A stretch of DNA of 54,186 bases from an uncultured Anaerolineaceae bacterium (GCA_964614855.1 CAZTMX010000001.1:1-54186), one strand, 5' to 3'. Shown: positions 28,979-38,443, counted from the stretch's first letter. The notes: a model not told the origin generated them from the sequence alone. A program made the numbers and translations.

Positions 28979-31303
28979 TTGGAAGCTTATTGTGTAAAGT
29001 GCAAAACGAAACGAGAAATGCAAGAACCAGTGCCGGTTTTTACCGGCAACGGCACCCCAGCCACGCGCGGGGTCTGTCCTGAATGCGGCACGTCCATGTA
29101 CCGCATGGGGAACACGCCGGAACATGCAGACCTGACACCGCAGGAAAAAGCCGAGCGTACCCCCAAACGCACGGGAAAATTGGTGATTGTCGAATCGCCA
29201 GCCAAGGCTCGCACAGTGGGACGCTTCCTTGGCAAAGACTATACGGTCAAAGCTTCTGTGGGACATGTACGTGATCTGCTGCGCTCGCAGCTTTCCGTCG
29301 ATACCGAGCATGATTTTGCGCCAAAGTATCGTGTCCCCAATGAAAAACGACCGGTTGTGAAGGAATTGAAAGCCCTGGCGAAAAAATCGGCGGAAGTGTA
29401 CCTGGCTACCGACCCCGATCGCGAAGGCGAGGCAATCGCCTGGCACTTGCTGGAATCGGCAGAAATCAATCCGGTAACAGCAAAACGGGTTGTGTTTCAC
29501 GAAATTACCGAACCTGCGATTGCAGAGGCGTTTTCCCATTCGCGCGAGATTGACATGGACCTGGTTTACGCCCAACAGGCGCGGCGTATCCTAGACCGGC
29601 TGGTGGGGTACAATCTCAGCCCGCTGCTGTGGCGCAAGGTGCGCAGCCGTTTATCGGCAGGGCGGGTACAGTCCGTAGCCTTGAGATTGATTGTCGAGCG
29701 AGAGCGGGAGATCGACGCCTTTGTACCGGTCGAATACTGGAGTGTCGATGCGGAACTGCTGCCCGAGGGCGGCAAGCAGAGCTTCCTGGCGCGGCTGACG
29801 CGCGTTGACGAAGTCGAACCGGTGTTGAACAGCGAAGCCGTCGTCCAACCCTTGTTGGTTGATTTGGAGAAAGCGGCTTTTGCTATCGCAAAGCTTACGC
29901 GCCGGGAACGAAAACGCAGCCCCGCAGCGCCATTTACCACCAGCACCCTGCAGCAGGAAGCCTCCCGCCGCCTGGGGTATACCGCACGCCGCACCATGGC
30001 GCTGGCACAGCAGCTTTACGAAGGCATCGATATCGGTCAAGGCGGTGCAGTGGGTCTGATCACCTATATGCGTACTGATTCGACCAATGTCGCAGAACTG
30101 GCACAGGAAGATGCCCGCCAGTTTGTTTTGGAGCGCTACGGGCAAAAGTTCCTGCCAGCCCAGCCGCCAAAGTACAAGACAAAAGCACGCGGTGCGCAAG
30201 AAGCGCACGAAGCCGTCCGTCCGACCTCTGTTCTGCGCCAACCAGATTCCCTGAAAGATTTCCTGAACCGCGACCAATACCGCCTGTACCAGCTGATCTG
30301 GAAACGGTTTGTTGCCTCCCAGATGTCCCCTGCAATTTATGATACGCTGTCGGTGGATATCAGCGGAAAGACGGATGCGCATAGCTATATACTGCATGCG
30401 GCAGGTTCGACGGTGCTCTTCCAGGGTTTCTTGATCGTGTACGAAGAGATGCGCGATGAAGACCAAAAGACAGGCGAAGAAGATGAAACACGCATCCCTT
30501 CTGGCCTGGTGGAGGGGCAGGTGCAAAAATTGCTGCGCTTGCTGCCAGAACAGCATTTTACCCAACCCCCGCCGCGCTATACTGAGGCTTCTTTGGTGCG
30601 CACACTGGAGGAAAACGGCATTGGACGACCCTCAACGTATGCGCCGATCCTGGGAACCATCCAGCAGCGCGGCTATGTGGTGCGCGATGGAAAGAAACTG
30701 ATCCCTACCGAGACGGGTATCCTGGTGAATGATATCCTGATTGAGCATTTCCCCGATATCCTGGATGTGGGTTTTACCGCATCAATGGAAAATGAACTCG
30801 ACCGGGTTGCTGCAGGCGACCAGGATTGGGTGAAGGTGATGCACGAATTTTACGGCCCCTTTGCGCAGAGTGTTGCCCTGGCCGAGGAGCGCATCCCGGA
30901 ACAAAACCTTGGCCCAGAACCTATCGGCAGGGCTTGCCCGGATTGCGGGCATGAGCTGGTGATCCGCTGGGGGCGTTACGGAAAATTTATCAGCTGCAGC
31001 AATTTCCCCGATTGCCGCTACACCGAAGCCTGGCTGGAGAAGATCGGTGTGAACTGCCCCAAGGATGACGGGGAAATTGTCATCCGCAAAACACGTAAAG
31101 GCCGCGTATTTTACGGCTGCGCAAATTATCCCAATTGTGATTTCACCTCCTGGAAATTGCCCCTGGCAAAACCCTGCCCGGCCTGCGGTGGGATGCTGGT
31201 GGTGGCGGATAAACACAATGCTCAGTGTCTGGCATGTGAAGAGAGGTTCTCCCTGGACCAAGTGAGCGAAGAAGAAGTCAGCCAAACGGCGGATGCGGCA
31301 TAG
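28979..31303 (+). CDS. topA: DNA topoisomerase I with extra N-terminal zinc ribbon
   Basis: The TTG start follows AAGGAGGG after an 8-nt spacer. The Toprim domain (KLVIVESPAKA) begins at about aa 67 and the core shows YITYMRTDS-like ITYMRTDS. There are three C-terminal CxxC...CxxC ribbons, plus an N-terminal CxxC-x22-CxxC. Confidence 0.95.
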   Translation: MEAYCVKCKTKREMQEPVPVFTGNGTPATRGVCPECGTSMYRMGNTPEHADLTPQEKAERTPKRTGKLVIVESPAKARTVGRFLGKDYTVKASVGHVRDLLRSQLSVDTEHDFAPKYRVPNEKRPVVKELKALAKKSAEVYLATDPDREGEAIAWHLLESAEINPVTAKRVVFHEITEPAIAEAFSHSREIDMDLVYAQQARRILDRLVGYNLSPLLWRKVRSRLSAGRVQSVALRLIVEREREIDAFVPVEYWSVDAELLPEGGKQSFLARLTRVDEVEPVLNSEAVVQPLLVDLEKAAFAIAKLTRRERKRSPAAPFTTSTLQQEASRRLGYTARRTMALAQQLYEGIDIGQGGAVGLITYMRTDSTNVAELAQEDARQFVLERYGQKFLPAQPPKYKTKARGAQEAHEAVRPTSVLRQPDSLKDFLNRDQYRLYQLIWKRFVASQMSPAIYDTLSVDISGKTDAHSYILHAAGSTVLFQGFLIVYEEMRDEDQKTGEEDETRIPSGLVEGQVQKLLRLLPEQHFTQPPPRYTEASLVRTLEENGIGRPSTYAPILGTIQQRGYVVRDGKKLIPTETGILVNDILIEHFPDILDVGFTASMENELDRVAAGDQDWVKVMHEFYGPFAQSVALAEERIPEQNLGPEPIGRACPDCGHELVIRWGRYGKFISCSNFPDCRYTEAWLEKIGVNCPKDDGEIVIRKTRKGRVFYGCANYPNCDFTSWKLPLAKPCPACGGMLVVADKHNAQCLACEERFSLDQVSEEEVSQTADAA

Positions 31304-31393
31304 AAATTGCACCATTGCAGATAGCAGCAGCAAAATCTGTTAATACTTCTGGAAAAATTGTGTTGTTGGGTGTTTTGTAGCAAAGGATATTTG

Positions 31394-31422
31394 TTGCAAA
31401 ATTTGATACTTTGGTCTACAAT
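31394..31422 (+). promoter_or_regulatory. Sigma70-like promoter (TTGCAA-17-TACAAT)
   Basis: TTGCAA at 31394..31399, a 17-nt spacer, and TACAAT at 31417..31422, in an AT-rich spacer upstream of the 31509 gene. Confidence 0.45.
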
Positions 31423-31508
31423 CAAATTAATCACCTGATCCATACACATTGCAGGATTGATTTTGCCGCTTCGATCATCATCAGGTTTTACGACAGGGAG
31501 ATTTAATT

Positions 31509-32627
31509 ATGGATGCTATCCGTGGATACACAAAAAACCCGCTTGCAATGCTGGTCATTGGGCTTGTGGTTGGGTCTATCATCGGTCTGGTTGTGCTCGG
31601 CTGGTGGTTATGGCCGGTGAAATGGGTCGACGCCGGCCCGCAGCACCTCAATATTGAACAAAAAGAAGGCTACCTGCGCCAGGCGATTGAGGCATTCGGC
31701 TACAACAGCGATAGTGGTAAAGCCATCGAGCGTTACAATTCCCTGGGCGATGATGCAGCCTCGGTTTTAAACAAGATCACGCAAAACCCTGGCGATATTA
31801 ACCCGGATATCATCATCGCATTCGCAGGAGCTGTCTCAGCGCCCCAAATAGTTGGAGAAATCCAGCCACCAGCTGCTGAACCCGCGGCTGGTCAAGAGGC
31901 TGCACAACCAGCTGGGTCTGCGGTTGAGCCGGCGGCTGGGACGCTGGTGGCGCCTGCTGGCGTCCCCGTTCAACCCGGGGTAACGCCTGCAGAAGAAGAG
32001 AAGGGTGGGGTTTCCTTCTGGCTGGTCTTGCTGCTGGTTTTGCTCGGGTTGGCTGTGGTTGCCGCTTTTGTATATTTCTTTGTCTTGCGGGGACGGCTGG
32101 CTGCTGGCGAAGGTGAACCTGCATATGCCAAGCAGGCGGATGATTACGGACAGGAAGCTGTCTCGGCAGCTTATCCTCCGGCCGCCAATGAACCTCCCAT
32201 AGCGCAATTTACCGCCACCTACCGCCTGGGGGATGATCTGTTTGACGATTCATTTAGCATCGATTCCACAACCGGCGAATTCCTGGGTGAATGCGGCGTC
32301 GGTATTTCGGAAACCATCGGCGTGGGCGACCCCAAAAAGGTGACCGCCTTCGAAGCCTGGTTGTTTGACAAAAATGATATCCAGACCGTTACCAAGGTGC
32401 TGATGAGCGAGCATGCCTTTTATGACACAACCACGCGCCAGCGGCTGGATGCAAAAGGTGAGCTGGCCCTGGCGCAGCAGGGCAGTGAAATCGTTCTGGA
32501 TACGCAAACCTTGCAGTTGGTCGCCAGGGTGATCAAGATGGAATACGGCGATGGCGCCATGCCGGATAACAGTTACTTCAAGACCTTCCAAATTGAGCTG
32601 GCGGTCTGGCCAAAAGAAGAGATGTGA
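31509..32627 (+). CDS. Hypothetical two-TM membrane protein with Ala/Pro/Gly-rich segment
   Basis: The start follows SD GGGAG after 8 nt. TM1 is LAMLVIGLVVGSIIGLVVLGWWLW and TM2 is VSFWLVLLLVLLGLAVVAAFVYFFVL. No motif recognised. Confidence 0.6.
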   Translation: MDAIRGYTKNPLAMLVIGLVVGSIIGLVVLGWWLWPVKWVDAGPQHLNIEQKEGYLRQAIEAFGYNSDSGKAIERYNSLGDDAASVLNKITQNPGDINPDIIIAFAGAVSAPQIVGEIQPPAAEPAAGQEAAQPAGSAVEPAAGTLVAPAGVPVQPGVTPAEEEKGGVSFWLVLLLVLLGLAVVAAFVYFFVLRGRLAAGEGEPAYAKQADDYGQEAVSAAYPPAANEPPIAQFTATYRLGDDLFDDSFSIDSTTGEFLGECGVGISETIGVGDPKKVTAFEAWLFDKNDIQTVTKVLMSEHAFYDTTTRQRLDAKGELALAQQGSEIVLDTQTLQLVARVIKMEYGDGAMPDNSYFKTFQIELAVWPKEEM

Positions 32628-32651
32628 TCTCGGATCTGATCTAAAAAGGAA

Positions 32652-32680
32652 GGGGCTGCCCAGGAATTTCGGGCAGCCCC
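32652..32680. terminator. Bidirectional rho-independent terminator (convergent 31509 gene and greA)
   Basis: GGGGCTGCCC (32652..32661) pairs with GGGCAGCCCC (32671..32680). The stem is flanked by AAAAAGGA and TTGGTGTTT. Confidence 0.8.
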
Positions 32681-32701
32681 TTGGTGTTTAAGGATTTATC
32701 C

Positions 32702-33169
32702 TTACTCAATCTTCAGAATTTTCAACTTTACTGTGCCGCCAGGAGTTTCAGCGCTGACTGTTTCGCCCTTCTTGGCGCCGAGCAGAGCTTTTCCAAAGGG
32801 CGATTCGTTCGAAATTCGCCCATTGCGAGGGTCGGCTTCTTTGGCGCCCACAAGGAAATAGGTCTCTGGATCGTAATCACCTTCCTGTATGGTTACCGTG
32901 GCGCCTATCTCAACGATTTCCCGGTTCCCCTTATCTTCATCAATAATGATGGCGTTATTCAGGATGTATTCCAGCTCCTGGATGCGCCCTTCCAGAAAAG
33001 CCTGGTCTTCCTTGGCCTTTGAATAGTCTGCATTTTCGGATAAGTCGCCCATCTGGATAGCGGCGCGCAGCCTTTTAGAAATTTCGTCTCGCTCCACGCT
33101 TTTAAGCTGCGCCAGTTCTGCTTTCATCCGTGCGGCGCCATCCGCGGTTAAATACGGTTGCTCTGTCAT
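32702..33169 (-). CDS. greA: Transcription elongation factor GreA
   Basis: YLTADGAARMKAELAQLK and SENADYSKAKEDQ are the canonical GreA coiled-coil and acidic tip. Confidence 0.95.
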   Translation of the reverse strand: MTEQPYLTADGAARMKAELAQLKSVERDEISKRLRAAIQMGDLSENADYSKAKEDQAFLEGRIQELEYILNNAIIIDEDKGNREIVEIGATVTIQEGDYDPETYFLVGAKEADPRNGRISNESPFGKALLGAKKGETVSAETPGGTVKLKILKIE

Positions 33170-33208
33170 TCGTTTCCTCTTAATGTTGTGTCTATTAATC
33201 CGGGTTGG

Positions 33209-34360
33209 TCAGGGTTTTATCGCCGGATCAAATAATTTACGGTATTCTTCAGTCGCAAAGCGATCGGTCATGCCGGCCAGGTAATCACATACCGTGCGCT
33301 GCAGCCCTGTTTCAGAGATCGTTGCCTGGACATGGTCCGGCAGGATGGCCGGCTCGCTCGTGTATGCCTTGAAAAGATCGCTCAAGATGCTGTCGGCTTT
33401 GACTGCCATGCGCACCACGCGGTGGTGGCGGTAAAGCCTGGTAAAAAGAAAATCCTTCAGCTGGCGGTTACGCCGGTGCATATCTTCGCTAAAACCGATC
33501 ACATTATACGGTAAGCTCTGCAATTCTTCAACCGAGTGCACATTGCTATCGCGCAACCTCTGGTTTGTGGTGTGCACCAGGTCGTTGACCTCCAGACCGA
33601 TCAGGCGGCGGATGATGCGCCTGCGGGAAAGCTCATCCAGGATTTCGCTGCGCACTCCCACGCTTTCCACCAGGATCTCCCACAAGGGCACGCCTTCCAG
33701 CATGCGTGGGGTGATCATCCCCGAGTGCAGACCATCATCCAGGTCGTGCGCCGTATATGCCAGCTCATCGGCGGCATTGGCAATTTGCGCCTCCAGGTGG
33801 CCGCGCAAATCCGGGTTGTAGTCGTTGGCATCCGAGCGGTCGTATTCCGACTCGTGTTTGACGATCCCTTCCCGCACCTCCCAGGTCAGGTTTAGACCGG
33901 GGAAATCAGGGTACCGTTTTTCCAGTTTGGTCACAATGCGCAGCGATTGTTTGTTGTGGTCAAAACCGCCATGATCGCGCATCAGGCGCGCCAGGGTCGC
34001 TTCGCCCGAATGGCCAAAAGCCGGGTGACCCAGGTCGTGAGCCAGGCAGATCGATTCGATCAGGTCTTCGTTGGCGCCCAGGGCGCGGGCGATGGTGCGC
34101 CCGATCTGGCTGACCTCCAGGGTGTGGGTCAGACGGGTGCGATAATAATCGCCTTCGTAGTTGAAGAAAACCTGTGTCTTGTATTCCAGGCGGCGAAAGG
34201 CAGTGGTGTGCAGCACGCGGTCGCGGTCGCGCTGGAAAACGGTACGGTACTCCGCCTCTTCTTCGGAGAAAAGGCGCCCTTTGCTGTGCTTGCTGAGCAT
34301 GCCGTATGGCGCCAGGTTTTTTTCTTCAAGCGCTTCTAGTTGTTGGCGTGTAATTAACAT
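33209..34360 (-). CDS. dGTP triphosphohydrolase-like HD-domain protein
   Basis: FQRDRDRVLHTTAFRRLEYKTQV, RLTHTLEV and HDLGHPAFGH are HD/dGTPase family motifs. Confidence 0.85.
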   Translation of the reverse strand: MLITRQQLEALEEKNLAPYGMLSKHSKGRLFSEEEAEYRTVFQRDRDRVLHTTAFRRLEYKTQVFFNYEGDYYRTRLTHTLEVSQIGRTIARALGANEDLIESICLAHDLGHPAFGHSGEATLARLMRDHGGFDHNKQSLRIVTKLEKRYPDFPGLNLTWEVREGIVKHESEYDRSDANDYNPDLRGHLEAQIANAADELAYTAHDLDDGLHSGMITPRMLEGVPLWEILVESVGVRSEILDELSRRRIIRRLIGLEVNDLVHTTNQRLRDSNVHSVEELQSLPYNVIGFSEDMHRRNRQLKDFLFTRLYRHHRVVRMAVKADSILSDLFKAYTSEPAILPDHVQATISETGLQRTVCDYLAGMTDRFATEEYRKLFDPAIKP

Positions 34361-34450
34361 TTTTTGGTTAAGCCTCGCAGATGTCGCAATTAATGGTAAG
34401 GCAAAAGCTGCATTAAGTTTAGCATAACATGAGTTTAGTCTAACGCAAGA

Positions 34451-35434
34451 GTGCGCAGGTGTCCAGCCTTTTTACATTGGGTCAGGATGGTAAAGCGTTT
34501 TGCGGTAACCTTTGGTAGAATCACATTCACTATGAAGCTTGACCACATCATCCACAGCAGGCAGGCAGGTGAATTCGCTCTCGGGTTGAGCCGGCGGATT
34601 TCGCCGCGCACTGGCAAGAAAGTCGCCTCTCTGGTGGCTGGGATTTTGAGCCGTAACCCAGACTCCGACCTGATGCAGGCGATTTGTGCCAACCAGTGGG
34701 TTGCATCCGGCGGCACACTGAGCGGCGCCGAGCTCCAATTGCGCGCCCGGGATGTCTTGAAAAACACAGGCATCTCCTTTTACAATCTGTTTCATTATCT
34801 TGAAGACCCTGCAGCGCTGCAAGAAATGGTGGAATTCTCTCCTGAGATCGAGCAGGTGATCCAGCGCAGCCGGGAAGGCCGGCGGGGGATGATCGTGGCG
34901 GGTGTGCACCTGAGTAACTTTGACCTGGTGGCGCAGGCAGCAGCCTTTCGCGGGCTGAAGGCTATGGCGCTCTCGCTACCCGATCCAGATGAAACCATCC
35001 AATGGCAGCACAGCTTGCGGTTGCGCTCGGGTCTGGAAATACTGGATGCTAACCTGGCGAACCTGCGCCAGGTCATCCAGCGCTTGCAAAACGGCGAAAC
35101 AGTGCTGACTGGCATCGACCGCCCAGTGCCGGAGCCAAAACTCAAACCCGGTTTCTTCGGTCAACCGGCGCACCTGGCGGTGCACCACGTCCAGCTGGCG
35201 CTCAAAGCCGGTGTGCCGGTCATCGTCATGGGCGCCATCTACGGTGAAGATGGCCGCTACCACATTCACGCCAGTGAAGAGATCGCCATGCAGCACAGCC
35301 CAGACCGCCAGCAGGAGCTTATACAAAATGCAGAATTGGTGCTCCAGGCTGCAGAGCAAATCATCCGCCTGGCGCCGCAGCAGTGGGCGGTTTTTCAACC
35401 GGTTTGGCCGGAAATCCTGCCGCCGGAGAGCTAA
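34451..35434 (+). CDS. Lysophospholipid/LpxL(HtrB)-family acyltransferase (PatA-like)
   Basis: The GVHLSNFD region resembles the HX4D acyltransferase motif, and the overall length fits the LpxL/PatA family. The start is uncertain: GTG 34451, ATG 34487 or ATG 34532. Confidence 0.65.
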   Translation: MRRCPAFLHWVRMVKRFAVTFGRITFTMKLDHIIHSRQAGEFALGLSRRISPRTGKKVASLVAGILSRNPDSDLMQAICANQWVASGGTLSGAELQLRARDVLKNTGISFYNLFHYLEDPAALQEMVEFSPEIEQVIQRSREGRRGMIVAGVHLSNFDLVAQAAAFRGLKAMALSLPDPDETIQWQHSLRLRSGLEILDANLANLRQVIQRLQNGETVLTGIDRPVPEPKLKPGFFGQPAHLAVHHVQLALKAGVPVIVMGAIYGEDGRYHIHASEEIAMQHSPDRQQELIQNAELVLQAAEQIIRLAPQQWAVFQPVWPEILPPES

Positions 35435-35467
35435 CCCGGATAATGTTTATGACATCAGGAGTGGGAT

Positions 35468-36136
35468 ATGAAGGACATCAAACAACATAAACGTGTCAAC
35501 GACATCCTTTTAGGACCGCTCGAAAGGCCGGCTTTGAAATGGCTGGCTGCGCACACCCCTGCCTGGATTGGCCCGGATCACATGACGCTTATCGGCATCC
35601 TGGGCACCCTGGTCATTGTTGCGGGATACTGGCTGAGTAATTTGCACACAGGCTATCTTTGGTTGGCCAGCCTGGGGTTTGTCATCAATTGGTATGGAGA
35701 CAGCCTGGACGGCACCATTGCCCGCTACCGCCACAAGGAACGCCCGGTGTACGGGTTCTTTGTCGACCACACCGTGGATGCCTTTAGTGAAGTGCTTGTT
35801 TTTATCGGGATGGGTTTATCCCCTTTTGTTCGTTTAGACCTGGCGCTGCTGGCATTGGTCGGGTATATGCTGTTGTCCATCCTGGTGTACCTGCGTACCT
35901 GCATCAAGGGGGAGTTTGTTATTTCTTATGGTAAGCTCGGACCCACCGAGGCGCGCCTGATCGCCATCGGCGCCAATACGCTGATCTTCTTTATCGGAAA
36001 CCCCGGGTTGACTTTGCTCGGTTTTTCAGCCACTGTTTACGATTGGATCATAGTTCTCATCATCGCCTTGTTGTTTGCCATTGCGCTCTCTACCGCTATC
36101 AAGCAGATAACGCTGCTGGCAAAAGCAGGACAATAA
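35468..36136 (+). CDS. CDP-alcohol phosphatidyltransferase family protein
   Basis: The signature D-x2-DG-x2-AR...G-x3-D-x3-D is visible as GDSLDGTIARYRHKERPVYGFFVDHTVD. The protein is multi-TM. SD AGGAGTGGG upstream. Confidence 0.8.
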   Translation: MKDIKQHKRVNDILLGPLERPALKWLAAHTPAWIGPDHMTLIGILGTLVIVAGYWLSNLHTGYLWLASLGFVINWYGDSLDGTIARYRHKERPVYGFFVDHTVDAFSEVLVFIGMGLSPFVRLDLALLALVGYMLLSILVYLRTCIKGEFVISYGKLGPTEARLIAIGANTLIFFIGNPGLTLLGFSATVYDWIIVLIIALLFAIALSTAIKQITLLAKAGQ

Positions 36137-36356
36137 CCAACCAGATTTAGCAGGTTAGGGTCAACAAGAATCCGCCAAACGTCAGCAATAATGAGAATTT
36201 ACTGGGACTTTATTGCTATTTCTTGATTTTTCTGCATAATATTAATATGGCAGCGAAGGTCTCGCTTTATACAATGCCGGGTTCCGCCTGCGGTTTGTAT
36301 TTGCGTTGATCTGCGCAATAACAATCTAGCGTAGGGATAATAATAAGGAGAAACCT

Positions 36357-38426
36357 ATGATGAAACTTATGCGATTCTTGATTATCCTCTCCCTGATCAT
36401 CTCAGTCTCAGCAACGTTCCCGGGCGCTGCCAGGGCAGATGATCCAACACCAGGGGCTCCGGTGGGCGGCGGAATCTCGGTGTACTTACCGACAATTTTC
36501 ACCAATCGGTATTACACGGTCAGCGGGCAGGTCACTGGGACCGAAGGGGAACCACTCTCCGGGGTCAGCATAACCAGCGGCAACGGAGAGACAACCTTTA
36601 CAGATCAGAACGGTGTCTATGCCCTCAAAGTGCTCATGGGTGAAACCGACCTGGCAGCGCAAAAGGACGGCTTTGCGTTCTCACCCACAGCCTTGGAACT
36701 TAACGTCACCAGCACCCTGGTTGGGCAAGATTTTTCTGCCATGGCTGCTTGCGTGGAAGGTCTGCAGAATACCAGCTTCGAAACTTGGGACTCTTGGTGG
36801 ATCACGGGCGGAGGAGCTGATTATACGAATATTAACAGCCATACCGGTGGAGTATCGATGCTGACCGGGATTCTCTCCTCGATAGACAATACTTACAACT
36901 GGTCGACTGTTACCACACCTTTGATCGCCATCCCCGCGGCAGCTACCTCGGTGACTCTACGCACCTGGTTTTATACCCTCAGCACAGATACAATCCTGCA
37001 GGTCTCCGATGCTCCCAGCGCAGGTCTATTTGGTGAAACGATCGCTGCATACGATGCCCAGTATGTGATGATCCTGGACGGCAGCAACAACCTGCTGGAG
37101 ACCCTGATGTGGGTGCAGGCTGATGCAAATACCTGGACAAACCACGTCTTCGACCTGACAAAGTGGGCTGGCGAATCGATCAAGATTCAAATTGGCACCT
37201 ACAATGACGGCGAGGACGGTGTCACAGCTATGTTTGTGGATGATGTCACGCTGGAGATATGCGATACAGTCCTACCTCCTCCTCCTCCTCCCGCTATTTG
37301 CTACAACGGTCTGTACAACAGCGGGTTTGAGTACGTAGGTGATTGGAAAATCCCGTTGACGGCGTATCCTGCCAACTACTCATCCACATACTCTTATGCT
37401 GGTGTCACATCCATGCGTACCGGTATTCCGCTGGATAAGCTGGTCAATGTATACAGCTACTCGGATGCCTGGCAGACGGTTACCATCCCGGCGGACGCAA
37501 CCAGCGCCTGGTTAAATATCAAGCTGCTGCCGATGAGCGAAGAGCCGGAGGTGGCTACCAGCCTGGCTGCCATTGAGCGGGATGTGGATCCAGGCGCGCC
37601 AATGGCAGGCAGCACCTGGGGCGACTCGGAGCTGGCACTGGATGCAGCATATATCCTGGTGCTCAACCCTTACACACAAACCATCATTAAGACCATCTGG
37701 TACAAGGAGAACCGCAACTCCACCTACTGGCTGGACAAAAGCTGGGATTTGATGGAGTTTGCCGGCAAGACCATCCGTATCCAGTTCGGCGTCTACAATG
37801 ACGGATACAATGGGCAATCGGTGATGTATGTCGATGAAGCCTACGTGGATATCTGCACCGGCGCACTCCCGCCTCCGCCTCCTCCTCCACCACCACCTCT
37901 ATGCGAAGAGCGTATTGATAACAATAGCTTCGAAGTCACCTCCGACTGGTATATCCCGCCGACAGCTTTCTCTGCCGGTTACTCGACCTACCGGGCACAC
38001 TGGGGTGTACGATCGATGCGCACCGGGATCAAGTATCTCTCGCAGAATAAGTTCAGCTACTCGGACTTCGGACAGGTGGTCACCGTCCCATGGTGGGCCG
38101 ATACAGCCTCCCTGAGTATGTACCTGTTCAATTCCAGCAGCGAGCCGTATTCGGTGGCTTTGGCAGACCAGCCCAACATGGCTGAATTTGGCGATGTCAT
38201 TCTCTACGGCGATATCCAGTACCTGTTGGTGTTAGATCTCTACGGCAACTGGATCGATACCCTGCTCTGGCAGCGGACAAATGAGCAATATTGGAAGTAT
38301 GTCTCCGTTGATCTATCCAAGTATGCGGGGCACACGATCAAGCTGCAGTGGGGTACTTACAATGACGGTTGGGGCGGTGTCACATCCATGTTTGTGGACG
38401 ATGTCTCGCTGATAGCCTGCCCATAA
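36357..38426 (+). CDS. Secreted protein: CarboxypepD_reg-like domain plus three tandem beta-sandwich (CBM/galactose-binding-like) repeats joined by poly-Pro
   Basis: Signal peptide LSLIISVSATFPGAARA. YTVSGQVTG...DQNGVYAL marks the regulatory-like domain. Three ~175-190-aa repeats each start C..N.SFE and end YNDG....MFVDDV.L..C. Confidence 0.7.
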   Translation: MMKLMRFLIILSLIISVSATFPGAARADDPTPGAPVGGGISVYLPTIFTNRYYTVSGQVTGTEGEPLSGVSITSGNGETTFTDQNGVYALKVLMGETDLAAQKDGFAFSPTALELNVTSTLVGQDFSAMAACVEGLQNTSFETWDSWWITGGGADYTNINSHTGGVSMLTGILSSIDNTYNWSTVTTPLIAIPAAATSVTLRTWFYTLSTDTILQVSDAPSAGLFGETIAAYDAQYVMILDGSNNLLETLMWVQADANTWTNHVFDLTKWAGESIKIQIGTYNDGEDGVTAMFVDDVTLEICDTVLPPPPPPAICYNGLYNSGFEYVGDWKIPLTAYPANYSSTYSYAGVTSMRTGIPLDKLVNVYSYSDAWQTVTIPADATSAWLNIKLLPMSEEPEVATSLAAIERDVDPGAPMAGSTWGDSELALDAAYILVLNPYTQTIIKTIWYKENRNSTYWLDKSWDLMEFAGKTIRIQFGVYNDGYNGQSVMYVDEAYVDICTGALPPPPPPPPPPLCEERIDNNSFEVTSDWYIPPTAFSAGYSTYRAHWGVRSMRTGIKYLSQNKFSYSDFGQVVTVPWWADTASLSMYLFNSSSEPYSVALADQPNMAEFGDVILYGDIQYLLVLDLYGNWIDTLLWQRTNEQYWKYVSVDLSKYAGHTIKLQWGTYNDGWGGVTSMFVDDVSLIACP
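37275..37292 (+). repeat. (CCT)5CCC proline-codon microsatellite (inter-domain linker 1)
   Basis: Direct reading: encodes PPPPPP between repeats 1 and 2. Confidence 0.9.
37869..37898 (+). repeat. Ten-codon proline tract (CCG/CCT/CCA) (inter-domain linker 2)
   Basis: Direct reading: encodes P10 between repeats 2 and 3. Confidence 0.9.
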
Positions 38427-38443
38427 GCCTCTGATTTTTCAAG

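Noticed and set aside
36213-36242. Promoter TTGCTA-18-TAATAT upstream of the repeat-protein gene
   Set aside because: The region is so AT-rich that several alternative hexamer pairs fit equally well, so I cannot single one out without TSS data.
37275-37898. Proline-codon microsatellites as phase-variation switches
   Set aside because: The repeat unit is a trinucleotide and in frame, so slippage changes linker length but cannot switch the gene off. They are noted only as linkers.
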